Notes: a model not told the origin generated them from the sequence alone. DNA of 64,000 nt from an uncultured Rhodopirellula sp. (GCA_964007735.1 CAXGAI010000002.1:62001-126000); one strand, 5' to 3'. Numbered from the stretch's first letter, positions 11,158 to 22,418 are shown. Numbers and translations: made by a program.

Positions 11158-11997
11158 ATGATGCCTGAATTACCGGAAGTCGAAACAATGCGCCGCGGCA
11201 TCCTGGCCATCGAAGGTGCAACAATTACTGCGGCTGAAAAAGTCCGTTGTCTCCGCAAGCCTATTGCTGTCACCCCCAACATATCCACCATTCGCCGGCG
11301 ACTCGTTGGTAAAAAGGTCAAACAAGTCGGACGTATTGGCAAACGAGTGGTCATTCAAATGGAAAATGACGACCGATTACTGTTTGAACCTCGTATGACG
11401 GGCTTAGTTTTAGTGGCGGACCCTCCGAGTCAGGAACACGTACGCTTTCGATTGGAGTTTTCCCATGGGGAAAAAGAAGTGCTCTACTGGGACCGTCGGG
11501 GACTAGGAATGATTTACTTACTGAACGATCAACAGTATCAGGATCGGTTTAGCCTAGAGAATCTGGGGCCGGATGCATTGGATGTGACCGGCCCTCTACT
11601 GAAAAAGATCTTTGGCAAATCCAGACGCCCGGTAAAAGTAGCGTTACTGGACCAGAAGAAGGTGGCCGGAATCGGCAATCTCTATGCCTCTGAAATCCTT
11701 TACGTGGCCGCGATCCATCCGGCAAAACGATGTGATCGTATAACCCTCAAACAATGGGATCTGATCGCTGAAACAACTGTCGACATTCTGCAGACTGCAA
11801 TCGCTCACGAGGGATCAACGCTGTCAGATGGGACCTACCGAAATGCACTGAATGATCCTGGTGGCTATCAGAATATGCATCGTGTGTATGACAAAGAAGA
11901 TAAACCCTGCCCAATCTGCATGGACACGCCCATTACTCGGATCGTTCAGGCTCAAAGAAGTACTTTTTTCTGCAAAGCATGCCAAAAACGCTCGTGA
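11158..11997 (+). CDS. mutM: Formamidopyrimidine-DNA glycosylase / AP lyase
   Basis: MPELPEVET, LLDQKKVAGIGNLYASE, C-terminal zinc finger CPIC...FCKACQ. Confidence 0.95.
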   Translation: MMPELPEVETMRRGILAIEGATITAAEKVRCLRKPIAVTPNISTIRRRLVGKKVKQVGRIGKRVVIQMENDDRLLFEPRMTGLVLVADPPSQEHVRFRLEFSHGEKEVLYWDRRGLGMIYLLNDQQYQDRFSLENLGPDALDVTGPLLKKIFGKSRRPVKVALLDQKKVAGIGNLYASEILYVAAIHPAKRCDRITLKQWDLIAETTVDILQTAIAHEGSTLSDGTYRNALNDPGGYQNMHRVYDKEDKPCPICMDTPITRIVQAQRSTFFCKACQKRS

Positions 11998-12181
11998 TGC
12001 GAGATACGTTTGACTGCCTTTAATCCAACTGCGGGGACTAACAGTAAAGAAGTATAGTCGATAAACTAAAGAAAGTGCGTGAATCGTACTCCGCTGGTCT
12101 AGCTCTTACCAGCCAAAAGAAAGTACTTTTTGCAACTCGGAACACCATCCCTTTAAAGCAACTTAGAGACGTTCAAACAAC

Positions 12182-13387
12182 ATGTCAGACCCTATTTCAG
12201 CCGTACCGAATTCGTCAGGTCGATTCGGTGAATTTGGTGGACGCTACGTACCTGAAACGCTAACTCATGCGTTAGATGAATTGGCGGAGGAATATAACCA
12301 AGCGAAGAACGATCCGGAGTTCCAGAGCCAACTAAGTGACCTCTTTAATACCTTTGTCGGACGTCCTTCTCCGCTTTATTTTGCCGAGCGACTTACCGAG
12401 CAATGTGGTGGAGCCGAAATCTGGCTAAAACGTGAAGACACCAATCACACCGGAGCCCACAAAATCAATAACACACTCGGGCAGGCATTGCTCACTTTGC
12501 GGATGGGCAAAAAACGTGTGATTGCAGAAACTGGTGCGGGCCAGCACGGCGTGGCAACAGCCACAGCCTGTGCACGATTTGGGCTTGAATGCATTGTTTA
12601 CATGGGTTCCGAAGATGTACGACGTCAGTCTCCTAATGTCTTCAGCATGAAATTGCTGGGAGCAGAAGTGAGACCTGTAGAATCAGGTTCACGCACACTG
12701 CGAGATGCCATTAACGAAGCCATGCGTGATTGGATGAGTAGTGTCGAGACAACCCATTACATCATCGGCTCAGTTGTCGGGCCACACCCATTCCCACTCA
12801 TCGTCCGTGACTTCCAAAGTGTGATCGGACAGGAAGCTCGTCAACAGAGCCTCGATAGCTTTGGTAGTCTGCCGGATCGAGTTGTGGCGTGCGTTGGCGG
12901 CGGTAGTAATGCTGCCGGAATGTTCTATCCATTTGTAGACGATGCAGAGGTCGAACTTCTGGGGGTCGAAGCCGGAGGCCGAAGTGAACATCCCGGTGAC
13001 CATGCTTCCCCATTAACCTTTGGTGAACATGGGATTCTGCACGGAAGCTATAGCTATGTGATGCAGGATGAAGACGGACAAACCTGTGACGTACATTCCA
13101 TCTCAGCCGGTCTCGACTATCCCGGAGTTGGGCCAGAACATAGCTACTGGAAAGACACGGGGCGAGTACAGTACACCCATTGCCAGGACGGTGAGGCAAT
13201 GGCTGCGTTTGACACTTTGACTCGCACCGAAGGGATCTTACCTGCCTTGGAAACCTCTCATGCAATCGCTAAAGCCATGGAAAGTGCCCGTGAACTCGGG
13301 CCAGGCAAACGAATTGTTGTTTGTCTATCCGGACGCGGAGATAAAGACAGCAACGAAATTGCAAGACTTAAACAAGAAGGTTACTAA
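12182..13387 (+). CDS. trpB: Tryptophan synthase beta chain
   Basis: [59 protein letters not shown]. Confidence 0.98.
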   Translation: MSDPISAVPNSSGRFGEFGGRYVPETLTHALDELAEEYNQAKNDPEFQSQLSDLFNTFVGRPSPLYFAERLTEQCGGAEIWLKREDTNHTGAHKINNTLGQALLTLRMGKKRVIAETGAGQHGVATATACARFGLECIVYMGSEDVRRQSPNVFSMKLLGAEVRPVESGSRTLRDAINEAMRDWMSSVETTHYIIGSVVGPHPFPLIVRDFQSVIGQEARQQSLDSFGSLPDRVVACVGGGSNAAGMFYPFVDDAEVELLGVEAGGRSEHPGDHASPLTFGEHGILHGSYSYVMQDEDGQTCDVHSISAGLDYPGVGPEHSYWKDTGRVQYTHCQDGEAMAAFDTLTRTEGILPALETSHAIAKAMESARELGPGKRIVVCLSGRGDKDSNEIARLKQEGY

Positions 13388-13455
13388 ACCGAGCCCTTTC
13401 TCGTTCCAATTCTGAATTCCCCAACAGCCTCTAGATACCAGTCAGTAAATCTGAA

Positions 13456-14259
13456 ATGTCAGCAATCGACACTACCTTTGAAACCCTCCGTAGTCAGGGG
13501 AAAAAAGCTTTTATGCCGTTTGTCACGGCCGGAGACCCGAATCTGGAATTCACGGGTAAAGTACTAAGAAAACTCGTCGAACATGGTGCCAGTTTGTGTG
13601 AATTGGGAATCCCTTATAGTGATCCAATTGCCGATGGTCCAGTGATTCAGGCCAGCTACACCCGTGTGCTGGATCAAAAACAAAAGCTTGCCAATATCCT
13701 TGATGCCGCAAATACCTGGACAGCCCAACTATCTGCTCCGGTCGTCTCCATGGTGAGTTACAGTATTATTCACCGACAAGGACTGGAAAACTATGTGATG
13801 CGTGCGAAGGCTGATGGAATTGCCGGAGCAATTGTTCCGGACTTACTCGTGGAAGAATCTGCAGCCTTTTCGGAGATATGCCAACGCGAAGACTTCAGCC
13901 TGATCCAACTGGTAACACCAACCACTTCTCGTGACCGGGCATTACAGATTTGCGAGACCTCGACAGGTTTTCTTTACTTCGTTTCCGTCACCGGGATCAC
14001 CGGGGAACGGACGGAGTTGCCGCCAGAAGTTGTTGATCAGGTAGGCTGGTTGAAAGAAAGGACCGACCTTCCGATTTGTATTGGATTCGGTATCAGTAAA
14101 CCCGAACATGTAAAAATGCTCTCCCCTGTCGCCGACGGCCTAATCGTTGGCTCTGCGATTGTCCGTAAGATCGCAGAAGTCGAAGAAAAGGGTGAAGACA
14201 CCGTCCTCACTGAGATTGGTACGCTGGTTGACGAGCTTATCTCTGCCATGAATGCCTAA
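13456..14259 (+). CDS. trpA: Tryptophan synthase alpha chain
   Basis: PFVTAGDP, ELGIPYSDPIADGPVIQ, TGITG, IGFGIS, GLIVGSA. Confidence 0.97.
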   Translation: MSAIDTTFETLRSQGKKAFMPFVTAGDPNLEFTGKVLRKLVEHGASLCELGIPYSDPIADGPVIQASYTRVLDQKQKLANILDAANTWTAQLSAPVVSMVSYSIIHRQGLENYVMRAKADGIAGAIVPDLLVEESAAFSEICQREDFSLIQLVTPTTSRDRALQICETSTGFLYFVSVTGITGERTELPPEVVDQVGWLKERTDLPICIGFGISKPEHVKMLSPVADGLIVGSAIVRKIAEVEEKGEDTVLTEIGTLVDELISAMNA

Positions 14260-14299
14260 GGACTCTTAGTCTTTCTTTCTTCCGAAGGGTAACGAAATA

Positions 14300-15412
14300 T
14301 TGAACAACTCCCAGCTAAACATTGAAGATGCAGTCGCCGAACGATATTCTCAGGCCTCTCAGGAAGCGGAAGCTGCACTCTGTTGTCCCGTGGATTACGA
14401 TACCCGCTGGCTGGAAGTCCTGCCTGCAGAACTAATTGATCGTGATTACGGTTGTGGCGATCCTTCCCAGTGGGTTCAGCAGGGAGAACATGTCCTTGAT
14501 CTTGGCTCTGGCGGCGGGAAAATCTGTTATATCGCCTCACAGATAGTCGGAGCCGATGGCAGTGTAACTGGTGTCGACATGAACGAAGACATGCTCGCGT
14601 TGGCACGACAATATCAAAATGAAATCTGCGGTAAAATCGGCTGGGATAACATTACTTTTCATAAAGGTAAGATTCAAGACCTCAAGCTGGACATGCAGGA
14701 ATTTGAGAACTGGCTGCAGAACCACCCAGCTACCGACTCAAAAAGTTGGCTACAGGCAGAACAACAGGCTGAAAAACTACGCCTTACAAAGCCTTTGATT
14801 GCGGACAACAGTATTGATGTTGTTGTTTCTAACTGCGTCCTTAATCTGGTGAACCCCAATGATCGTATCCGACTCTTTGCCGAACTGTATCGTGTCCTTA
14901 AACCCGGCGGCCGAGCTGTCATCAGTGATATTGTCTCGAACCAACCGGTTCCTGCTGTGATGCAAAACGATGCCACACTTTGGAGTGGTTGTATCAGCGG
15001 AGCATTTGAAGACCGGAACTTCATTCAAGCATTCTTGAATGCCGGACTGGGCAAAGTCGAGATTCTGGCACGGCAGTCCGAGCCCTGGAAGATTGTGGAA
15101 GGTATCGAATTCAGAAGTATGACACTCCGAGCCTGGAAACCACTGGGACTGAAAGACGAGACAAACGCCGGTGAGTCCGTAATCTACCGAGGCCCGTGGC
15201 AAGAAGTGGTTGATGACCATGGAAATACACTTACTCGTGGAAAACGCGTAACAATTTCCCGCGGACAAATGCGTGAATATGAATGCGCCCCATACGGAGC
15301 CGACTTGATCTTACTAAATGATGAAGGAAAGTTCATGGAATCCGACCAAAGCTCAAATACCTCCGCTCTTCCCATTGCCGATTCCTGTTCGATCGGCAGT
15401 GATTGCTGCTAA
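14300..15412 (+). CDS. SAM-dependent methyltransferase, arsenite methyltransferase (ArsM)-like
   Basis: VLDLGSGGG SAM motif; Cys pattern LCCPV, YGCG, SNCVLNL, WSGCISGA; C-terminal CC. Confidence 0.75.
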   Translation: MNNSQLNIEDAVAERYSQASQEAEAALCCPVDYDTRWLEVLPAELIDRDYGCGDPSQWVQQGEHVLDLGSGGGKICYIASQIVGADGSVTGVDMNEDMLALARQYQNEICGKIGWDNITFHKGKIQDLKLDMQEFENWLQNHPATDSKSWLQAEQQAEKLRLTKPLIADNSIDVVVSNCVLNLVNPNDRIRLFAELYRVLKPGGRAVISDIVSNQPVPAVMQNDATLWSGCISGAFEDRNFIQAFLNAGLGKVEILARQSEPWKIVEGIEFRSMTLRAWKPLGLKDETNAGESVIYRGPWQEVVDDHGNTLTRGKRVTISRGQMREYECAPYGADLILLNDEGKFMESDQSSNTSALPIADSCSIGSDCC

Positions 15413-15448
15413 TGGAATAGGCTTTATTTAAAATCAAAAGGAATAACG

Positions 15449-15757
15449 ATGATTCACGTCATTTGTACTATCACCATTGCCTCTGGTCGCCGAGACGACT
15501 TTATTGCTGAATTCAAGGGAATCGTGCCAGAGGTATTAGCCGAAAAGGGATGTCTTGAATACGGACCAACCCTCGACGTAGAGACCGACATTGAACGACA
15601 GGCTCCTCTGGAAGGCAACGTCGTCGTGATTGTGGAAAAATGGGAAACTCTTGCAGACCTAAAGGCTCATTTGGTAGCACCCCATATGAACGCCTATCGC
15701 GAACGTGTCAAAGACATGGTCGAAAATGGTCACTTAAGAATTACCCAGCCGGCCTAA
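15449..15757 (+). CDS. Antibiotic biosynthesis monooxygenase (ABM) family, putative quinol monooxygenase
   Basis: EKGCLEYGP, IVEKWETLADLKAHLVAPHM. Confidence 0.85.
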   Translation: MIHVICTITIASGRRDDFIAEFKGIVPEVLAEKGCLEYGPTLDVETDIERQAPLEGNVVVIVEKWETLADLKAHLVAPHMNAYRERVKDMVENGHLRITQPA

Positions 15758-15773
15758 ACGCAGATCATGACCA

Positions 15774-16850
15774 ATGCGGGAACTTTCTCAACAACTCGAA
15801 GCCCTTGCTAACTCTCAGCAAGAAGCCGTTTATTGCCGCTTAGTGGAAACTCGCGGAAGCACTCCACAAAAGCCTGGCGCGACAATGCTGATTTACCCGG
15901 ACGGCTCGCAAGCCGGTACGCTGGGAGGCGGGTGTGTGGAAGCGGAAGTTAAACGCACCGCTTTGACTTATCTCGAGGACAACCAATCACGCATCGCCAA
16001 ATTCCAACTCGACCATGACTATGGCTGGGATGATGGTTTGATTTGTGGCGGCCGCATGCAGATACTCATTCAACCCGTTAAAGACGAGCCAAGTCGGAGC
16101 TATATTGTACAACTCTGCAAGTTACTACAAGCTGCTCCCGGATTCACTGAAGTCGTTTTATACTCACTTGACGCCGAAGACGACATTCCAACCTTACTAC
16201 TGTTTGATGACCAGAACCGTTTGCAGAGTTCGCTCGGACCGGAGAAATCAAGTCTGCCACTACAGGCAAGTCACCATCTGATTACACTCGAACAACGGCC
16301 ACGTGCCTATCATCACCAAAAGATGGCGTTCCTGCCCTCCTTAGAACGCTGTCAACTCGTAATCGTCGGTGGAGGACACGTTGGTCAGGCCGTCGCGAAT
16401 ATGGCCGTCGATCTGGAATTCGACGTTACAGTAATCGACGATCGTGAATCGATCATTTCGCCTGAAAGATTTCCTCACATCCAACAACGTATTGCCGGGG
16501 ATATCGAACAGGTTTTGCCCTCCTTGAGAATCACTCCTCACACTTACTGTCTGATCGTCACTCGTGGACACAATCATGACCAGAGAGCACTCTATCATCT
16601 CGCAGATCGTGGCGCTCGTTACGTCGGCCTGATCGGATCAAGACGGAAAATAAAACTTATCTTCGATGACCTCCTTGATGCCGGTATCTCCGCGGAAGCT
16701 CTCAATAACGTACACGCACCTCTAGGAGTTAATATCGGCTCACAAACGGTCGCTGAAATCGCTGTTAGTATTTGTGCTGAGCTCGTTTCACACCGTAATC
16801 GAGACGGCTTCATACCGGGACGCCCGGCCGGAATTGAGTTGCCAACATGA
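15774..16850 (+). CDS. XdhC/CoxI family molybdoenzyme maturation factor
   Basis: GSTPQKPGA, GTLGGGCVE, GLICGG, VTRGHNHD, YVGLIGSRRK, APLG..IGSQTVAEIAVSI. Confidence 0.92.
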   Translation: MRELSQQLEALANSQQEAVYCRLVETRGSTPQKPGATMLIYPDGSQAGTLGGGCVEAEVKRTALTYLEDNQSRIAKFQLDHDYGWDDGLICGGRMQILIQPVKDEPSRSYIVQLCKLLQAAPGFTEVVLYSLDAEDDIPTLLLFDDQNRLQSSLGPEKSSLPLQASHHLITLEQRPRAYHHQKMAFLPSLERCQLVIVGGGHVGQAVANMAVDLEFDVTVIDDRESIISPERFPHIQQRIAGDIEQVLPSLRITPHTYCLIVTRGHNHDQRALYHLADRGARYVGLIGSRRKIKLIFDDLLDAGISAEALNNVHAPLGVNIGSQTVAEIAVSICAELVSHRNRDGFIPGRPAGIELPT

Positions 16851-17431
16851 ATTCTGTAGCGATTATCCCGGCTGCTGGATTGAGTCGGCGTATGGGCGAG
16901 CCGAAGCTGCTCAAGCCGTTTGAAGGAGAACCACTAATTAATCACGTGCTTGCTGCCTGGCTAGCCAGTGGTGTGCAAAGAGTCATCGTCGTTGTGCGTG
17001 AAGACAATACAAATCTTCGGGAACACCTAGCTCAATTTGATGTGGATGTCGCAATTGCTGATCCGCCCCCTGCTCAAATGAAAGACACCGTACTGGCTGG
17101 CATCAAATACACCGCTGAACACTACCCCATGGGTGTTAACGATGCTTTTCTGTTGGCTCCAGCTGACATGCCCTACCTCTCCCCATGGCTCATTGATCAG
17201 GTACTTGAACAGCACAATCCGGATGCCGCTGCAATCATCGCTCCTTCTTTTGAAGGTACCAAAGGGCACCCGGCCCTCTTTCCCTGGCCTTTCGTAACGG
17301 GCGTCTACCAACTTACCGACGATCAGGGAATCAATGCCCTCTGGGATCTCTACTACGGGCGAACATTCGAAGTCGGCGACAATACTCCACTCATTGATCT
17401 GGACACGCCGGAAGACTGGCAACAGGAGTAG
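16847..17431 (+). CDS. Molybdenum cofactor cytidylyltransferase (MocA)-like nucleotidyltransferase
   Basis: IPAAGLSRRMGEPKLL, ADMP, GHPALF, DLDTPED; ATGA overlap with the xdhC-like gene. Confidence 0.85.
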   Translation: MNSVAIIPAAGLSRRMGEPKLLKPFEGEPLINHVLAAWLASGVQRVIVVVREDNTNLREHLAQFDVDVAIADPPPAQMKDTVLAGIKYTAEHYPMGVNDAFLLAPADMPYLSPWLIDQVLEQHNPDAAAIIAPSFEGTKGHPALFPWPFVTGVYQLTDDQGINALWDLYYGRTFEVGDNTPLIDLDTPEDWQQE

Positions 17432-17458
17432 AAAACGTCAGCCTAAAGAAACGCCATC

Positions 17459-18511
17459 CTAGTTATCGCCAATATTAAAAGATTTTTTTAGATACCGAGC
17501 TCGGTGAATATTGCGATCCGCAATATCAAGTTGACCTCCAACCATTTTTTGTAAATGGGCCGGCTGGGTTTGCAGGAAGAGTCGATTGAGCATTGGTACG
17601 TCAACTTCGATCAATCCTAGATTGACACCCAGTCGAATACTCGACAACAGATGCATTGTTTCTTCACTGCTAATCGTTTTCGCATTTTGAAGAATGCCAT
17701 GCGCCCTGCTAACGCGATCACTTAATTCATCTCTACTTTCACGCAACAAAAAGTCACGAGCTTTACGTTCGTACTCGATCATGACAGGAATCACTTCGTT
17801 AACCTGTTGCACGAGTTCAACTTCACTCTTGCCTAATGTGATCTGATTACTAATCTGGTAAAAATCGCCCATCGCCTCAGAGCCTTCTCCATAGAGGCCA
17901 CGAACAGCAAGATTGATCTTTTGCAGACTACGGAAAACCTTTTCCAGTTCCTGAGTCATCACCAAGGCAGGTAAGTGAAGCATAACGCTGACTCGCATCC
18001 CCGTCCCTACGTTGGTTGGGCATGCCGTGAGATAACCAAATCGGGGATGGAAGGCATAGTGCAGGCATGAATCTACAAAATCATCGATCGCATTGACACG
18101 ATGCCAGGCCTCTGTCAAATCGAGCCCACTTTGAACGGCCTGAATTCGGAGATGATCTTCTTCATTGATCATAACACTGAATTTCTCATCCGAATCAATA
18201 AGCACACTGCGAGCGCCATTGCTTTCTGCAAGCTCACGACTAATTAATTGTCGTTCGACAAGAAATTGACGATCGAGATCATTCATTTCATCGATGCGGT
18301 AATAACTAACAGGATCACTCCATTTAGAATCCTGATTAATCAATTCAGCCACACGGGTTTCAATGGCTGACTTATCACTATCGGAGCATTTACGCACGAA
18401 TGGGAATTCAGACAGGTTTCGCGCCAAACGAATACGCGAACTAATCACAATATCCGACTCTGGCCCGGTGCCTTTCAGCCACTCGCCACCTTTCCCAGCC
18501 AACTCATCCAT
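17459..18511 (-). CDS. mcsB: Protein-arginine kinase
   Basis: ISSRIRLARN, MINEEDHLRIQ, GYLTACPTNVGTGMRVSVMLHLP, VRGLYGEGS, YQISNQITLG. ATG 18511 follows GAGGTG; the ORF is open to 18550. Confidence 0.95.
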   Translation of the reverse strand: MDELAGKGGEWLKGTGPESDIVISSRIRLARNLSEFPFVRKCSDSDKSAIETRVAELINQDSKWSDPVSYYRIDEMNDLDRQFLVERQLISRELAESNGARSVLIDSDEKFSVMINEEDHLRIQAVQSGLDLTEAWHRVNAIDDFVDSCLHYAFHPRFGYLTACPTNVGTGMRVSVMLHLPALVMTQELEKVFRSLQKINLAVRGLYGEGSEAMGDFYQISNQITLGKSEVELVQQVNEVIPVMIEYERKARDFLLRESRDELSDRVSRAHGILQNAKTISSEETMHLLSSIRLGVNLGLIEVDVPMLNRLFLQTQPAHLQKMVGGQLDIADRNIHRARYLKKSFNIGDN

Positions 18512-18527
18512 AAACACGATACACCTC

Positions 18528-19037
18528 TTAACCGGACTGTTCTTTGTCAATTCCGATAATTTGGTCTCTCAACTGCGAGGCTTTTTCATAGTCTTCCACC
18601 TGAATTGCCTGTTCCATTTCACGTCGCAAACGAATTATATCCGTTCGCTTATCTGTACCTTCAGCGGCTCCTCTTGGTTTCTTACCAACGTGCATTGTCG
18701 CGGAATGGATGTTTGAAACAATTGGGTCAATTTCATCTTCAAAACAGATGTAATCATGCGGGCAACCAAGTCGGCCGACGTGGCGAAACTCATAAAATGT
18801 GATACCGCAAAGCGGACATGCCTGCTGGTCCAGCTTGGCAAGTTGCTCCGCGGCTTCGTTGATATTAAGATGTTGAGCCAGAGCCCCTGCAATGGAAGGC
18901 ACATCCTCTTCATTGACATCCGCCTGCATGAGATAGATCCGTGCATGCTCCTCACACAGATGCAGTTCTTCGGGCACTCCATCTGTCAATTCAGTGATGT
19001 GAAAGGTTGCTGGCTTTTCGCAGTGCTGGCACTTCAT
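18528..19037 (-). CDS. mcsA: McsB activator with zinc fingers and UvrB/UvrC motif
   Basis: CQHC, CEEH, CPLC, GRLGCPHDY, HVGK, EDYEKASQLRDQI; directly upstream of mcsB. Confidence 0.9.
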   Translation of the reverse strand: MKCQHCEKPATFHITELTDGVPEELHLCEEHARIYLMQADVNEEDVPSIAGALAQHLNINEAAEQLAKLDQQACPLCGITFYEFRHVGRLGCPHDYICFEDEIDPIVSNIHSATMHVGKKPRGAAEGTDKRTDIIRLRREMEQAIQVEDYEKASQLRDQIIGIDKEQSG

Positions 19038-19278
19038 TGAGCATTATCCACGCTGTTAAATCCGACTTCTCCAATGACAACTTGATTTTGATATAAATCA
19101 GTCATCAGGGGAGTTTCAGCAAATCAAAAAACTGTTCAAAATAGAAACATCGGCTGCCAAATGTTAGTCTCTGTTCCCGTGATGCGGTAATAACTGTTAG
19201 GATTCTATCAATGGGCCATTACCTGTCAAGATAGCCCAACAGCTCCTTAATTATATCGTTCAACTCAACCTACATTCC

Positions 19279-20784
19279 ATGTCACATTCGCCAAACTTCG
19301 AAGCTTTTACTAATCTTGCCAAGGACCATGATCTAGTGCCCGTCTACCGCCGGATGCTCAGCGATGGCCTAACCCCTGTCTCGGCATTCCAAAAGTTGGA
19401 TGACGGAAAGGATGCCTGCCTGTTTGAAAGTGTTATCGGCGGGGAAAAAGTTGGACGCCATAGTATTCTTGCCACGAATCCTTTTATGGTCATCAAAGCT
19501 TGTGGGAATGATGTCACTTTAACACGCGATGGTCAAACCAAAAGCCATCAATCTGACAACCCGCTTGATGATTTGCGACAGTTAGTCGATTCCTTCAAAG
19601 CTCCTCAACTTGAAGAACTTCCTCCATTTAACGGGGGGGCCATCGGATATGCCGGATACGATGTAATACGCTACGTTGAAAACCTTCCGAATCCACCTGA
19701 AAACGACCGACAAATTCCGGACCTGACCTTCGGTTTCTATGATTCCCTTGTCGTCTTCGACAATGTCAACAAAACCATGTTTGTTATCGTCATGGCTCGA
19801 CTCGATAAACATAATGGCAACACCCGAAAGGCCTATGACGAGGCACTTACCCGTGTAGACCAGTTGGTATCGCAACTCGCCGCTCCGACTCAACTTGCCA
19901 TGGCGGACATTAGCACTTTCGGTGGCACTGAAACGCTAAATTATACGTCAAATTTCGAACCACGGGAATTTGAAGAAGCCGTGAACAAATGTGTCGATTA
20001 CATTCGGGCCGGAGACATCTTCCAGGTCGTCATCAGCCAGCGACTCGAGATGGAACTCCATGTTGATCCGCTGGAACTATATCGGTCACTACGAGTGGTA
20101 AATCCCAGCCCGTTCATGTTCTTTCTCCGTACGGATGATGTAACACTCGTCGGAAGCTCTCCGGAAATTATGTGCCGGGTCGTTGATGGAAAAGTGACTG
20201 TACGACCACTGGCAGGTACTCGACCGCGTGGAACCACCGAAGAAGAAGATCAACAACTAGCCGACGAACTACTGGCAGATCCTAAAGAACGCGCCGAACA
20301 TGTCATGCTGGTTGACCTTGGCCGTAACGATGTCGGACGTATCGCTGAGTATCGTACCGTCGAATTGTCCGACGTGATGGTTATCGAGCGTTATAGCCAT
20401 GTCATGCACATTACATCGAATGTCACCGGGCAGCTACGTGACGATAAGGATGCATTCGACGCATTGGCAGCCTGTTTGCCAGCAGGTACGGTTTCCGGAG
20501 CGCCTAAAGTTCGAGCGATGGAAGTCATTGATGAATTAGAACGCCATCGCCGTGGTCCTTATGCAGGAGCCGTAGGATACATTGATTATGTCGGAAACAT
20601 GGACACCTGTATCGCACTTCGAACCTTTGTCATTAAAGATGACAAGCTTTATGTGCAGGCCGGAGCAGGTATTGTTGCAGATAGTCAGCCGGAAATGGAG
20701 TATCAGGAAACACTGAATAAAGCGAGAGGGCTACTCAAAGCGGTGGAAATCACGGCAAAACGCTCACCGTCGCAGACTTCATAA
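19279..20784 (+). CDS. trpE: Anthranilate synthase component I
   Basis: [73 protein letters not shown]. Confidence 0.96.
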   Translation: MSHSPNFEAFTNLAKDHDLVPVYRRMLSDGLTPVSAFQKLDDGKDACLFESVIGGEKVGRHSILATNPFMVIKACGNDVTLTRDGQTKSHQSDNPLDDLRQLVDSFKAPQLEELPPFNGGAIGYAGYDVIRYVENLPNPPENDRQIPDLTFGFYDSLVVFDNVNKTMFVIVMARLDKHNGNTRKAYDEALTRVDQLVSQLAAPTQLAMADISTFGGTETLNYTSNFEPREFEEAVNKCVDYIRAGDIFQVVISQRLEMELHVDPLELYRSLRVVNPSPFMFFLRTDDVTLVGSSPEIMCRVVDGKVTVRPLAGTRPRGTTEEEDQQLADELLADPKERAEHVMLVDLGRNDVGRIAEYRTVELSDVMVIERYSHVMHITSNVTGQLRDDKDAFDALAACLPAGTVSGAPKVRAMEVIDELERHRRGPYAGAVGYIDYVGNMDTCIALRTFVIKDDKLYVQAGAGIVADSQPEMEYQETLNKARGLLKAVEITAKRSPSQTS

Positions 20785-20808
20785 GAGGCAATACCTTAAT
20801 CGCCGCAG

Positions 20809-20991
20809 TTAGGCTTGCTCACGTAGAGTGGTGAAGCTGATAACTCCCAAACCTAAGGCACCGACAACTCCGCCAATATCCATCAGCATACTTGCTCGTG
20901 AAAACGGAATCTTGATTGCTAGATCAAGTGCAAAGACTAACAATAGCAAAACTGCTACCGAGAGTCCAAAAATACACATGATTTTCGACAC
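20809..20991 (-). CDS. Small two-TM membrane protein
   Basis: 60 aa with two hydrophobic helices; GTG start after GAGG; occupies an otherwise empty gap. Confidence 0.65.
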   Translation of the reverse strand: MSKIMCIFGLSVAVLLLLVFALDLAIKIPFSRASMLMDIGGVVGALGLGVISFTTLREQA

Positions 20992-21251
20992 GTTTCTATT
21001 TCCTCGCTTGGGGTAACGATCAGGTTCTGTTCAGCCGCAGTCTCGGCAGCACAAGTCCACCGGTCTTTACTGTCGAGCAGATAGTATAATCCACGAAATT
21101 TGTTTAATGCGACAGGGATTTACTAGTTTTCATTCATAATTTCCGTGTATTCTTTCGTCTAACCAAAACTACCATAAGTAAAGCCAATAAATTTTCATTA
21201 TTTAATTAGACCAATCTTTGTGTCGATGCTCTTAAAAACAAGTTTAAAGCC

Positions 21252-22418
21252 ATGACTGAATCAGTGATAAAGCAGCAATTGCGAGAGCAAATGCCGGTAG
21301 CAAAAACGCTGGCCTACTTTGACCACGCAGCTGTCGCACCGTTACCAAGTGTGGCAGCTCAGGCGATCACATCTTGGCTGGAGGAAGCGACAAATCAGGG
21401 AGACCTCTACTGGCCCAAATGGGCGAAGCGAGTCGAAATAATCCGCCGCAATGCCGCTAAACTGATTGGAGCGAGTGCGGAGGAAATCGCCCTCACCCCT
21501 AACACCTCTACCGGTATCAATTTCGTTGCTGAGGGTTTCCCCTGGAAGGAAGGGGAGAATATTGTCACTTTCGCGAACGAATTTCCCTCCAATCTATATC
21601 CCTGGATGAACCTGCACTCACGTGGCGTAAACACAAGAGTTGTTCCGGTGGAACAAGGTATCGCTGAGATCAATCGTCTGTTCGAAGCCTGTGACGAGCA
21701 AACTCGACTCATCTCGCTTAGTTGGGTCTCTTTTTCCAGCGGCTACCGATTTACCAATGAGCAACTCCACGAAATTGTTCAGGAAGCTCATCGTCGAGGT
21801 ATCTATGTCATGCTGGATGCAATCCAGGGACTGGGAATATTCCCCCTTGACGTTGCTGAGTTGGAAATCGATTTTTTAGCAGCTGATGGGCACAAGTGGA
21901 TGCTGGGCCCCGAAGGGGCTGGCCTGTTTTATATCCGCCAACAACACCTTGACTTATTGAGACCGTTAATGGTCGGCTGGCACTCTGTGGCCAAAGCCTT
22001 TGATTTCAGCAATATCGACTGGAAGCCGCGACGGCAGGCTTCACGTTATGAAGGTGGCACACAAAACATGGTGGGTACGCTAGGCTATGGAGCTAGTCTT
22101 GAACTTCTGCAAAACCTTGGCGTTAGTACCACCGTCTCCCCGGTGGCTGATCAGATCCTTGCCTATACACAATCCGCAAGATCTCAGCTAAAAGAACTTG
22201 GTGCCGAAATCCATGGCTCCTCGGACGTCGAACATCTCAGTGGCATCACTTCGTTCACCATCCCAAACGTGGACTTAGCTCAACTGCGTTCAGAATGTAT
22301 GAACATCGGTGTTGTCCTCAGTCATCGAGATGGCCGTTTACGTATTAGCCCTCACGCATATAACAATCAAGAGGATCTCGAACGCTTGCTTAACTTAATT
22401 CGAAATTCCATCAAATAG
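21252..22418 (+). CDS. Class V aminotransferase / cysteine desulfurase-like PLP enzyme
   Basis: YFDHAAVAP, LDAIQGLG, ADGHKWMLGPEGAG, YEGGT, LRISPHAYN. Confidence 0.9.
   Translation: MTESVIKQQLREQMPVAKTLAYFDHAAVAPLPSVAAQAITSWLEEATNQGDLYWPKWAKRVEIIRRNAAKLIGASAEEIALTPNTSTGINFVAEGFPWKEGENIVTFANEFPSNLYPWMNLHSRGVNTRVVPVEQGIAEINRLFEACDEQTRLISLSWVSFSSGYRFTNEQLHEIVQEAHRRGIYVMLDAIQGLGIFPLDVAELEIDFLAADGHKWMLGPEGAGLFYIRQQHLDLLRPLMVGWHSVAKAFDFSNIDWKPRRQASRYEGGTQNMVGTLGYGASLELLQNLGVSTTVSPVADQILAYTQSARSQLKELGAEIHGSSDVEHLSGITSFTIPNVDLAQLRSECMNIGVVLSHRDGRLRISPHAYNNQEDLERLLNLIRNSIK

Noticed and set aside
11998..12181. Possible tryptophan attenuator or T-box upstream of trpB (also checked upstream of trpE, 19038-19278)
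   Set aside because: No Trp-rich leader peptide, T-box motif or terminator hairpin was seen.
19038..19278. CtsR or CIRCE heat-shock operator upstream of mcsA
   Set aside because: Only loose TCAAA words are present; neither consensus is matched.
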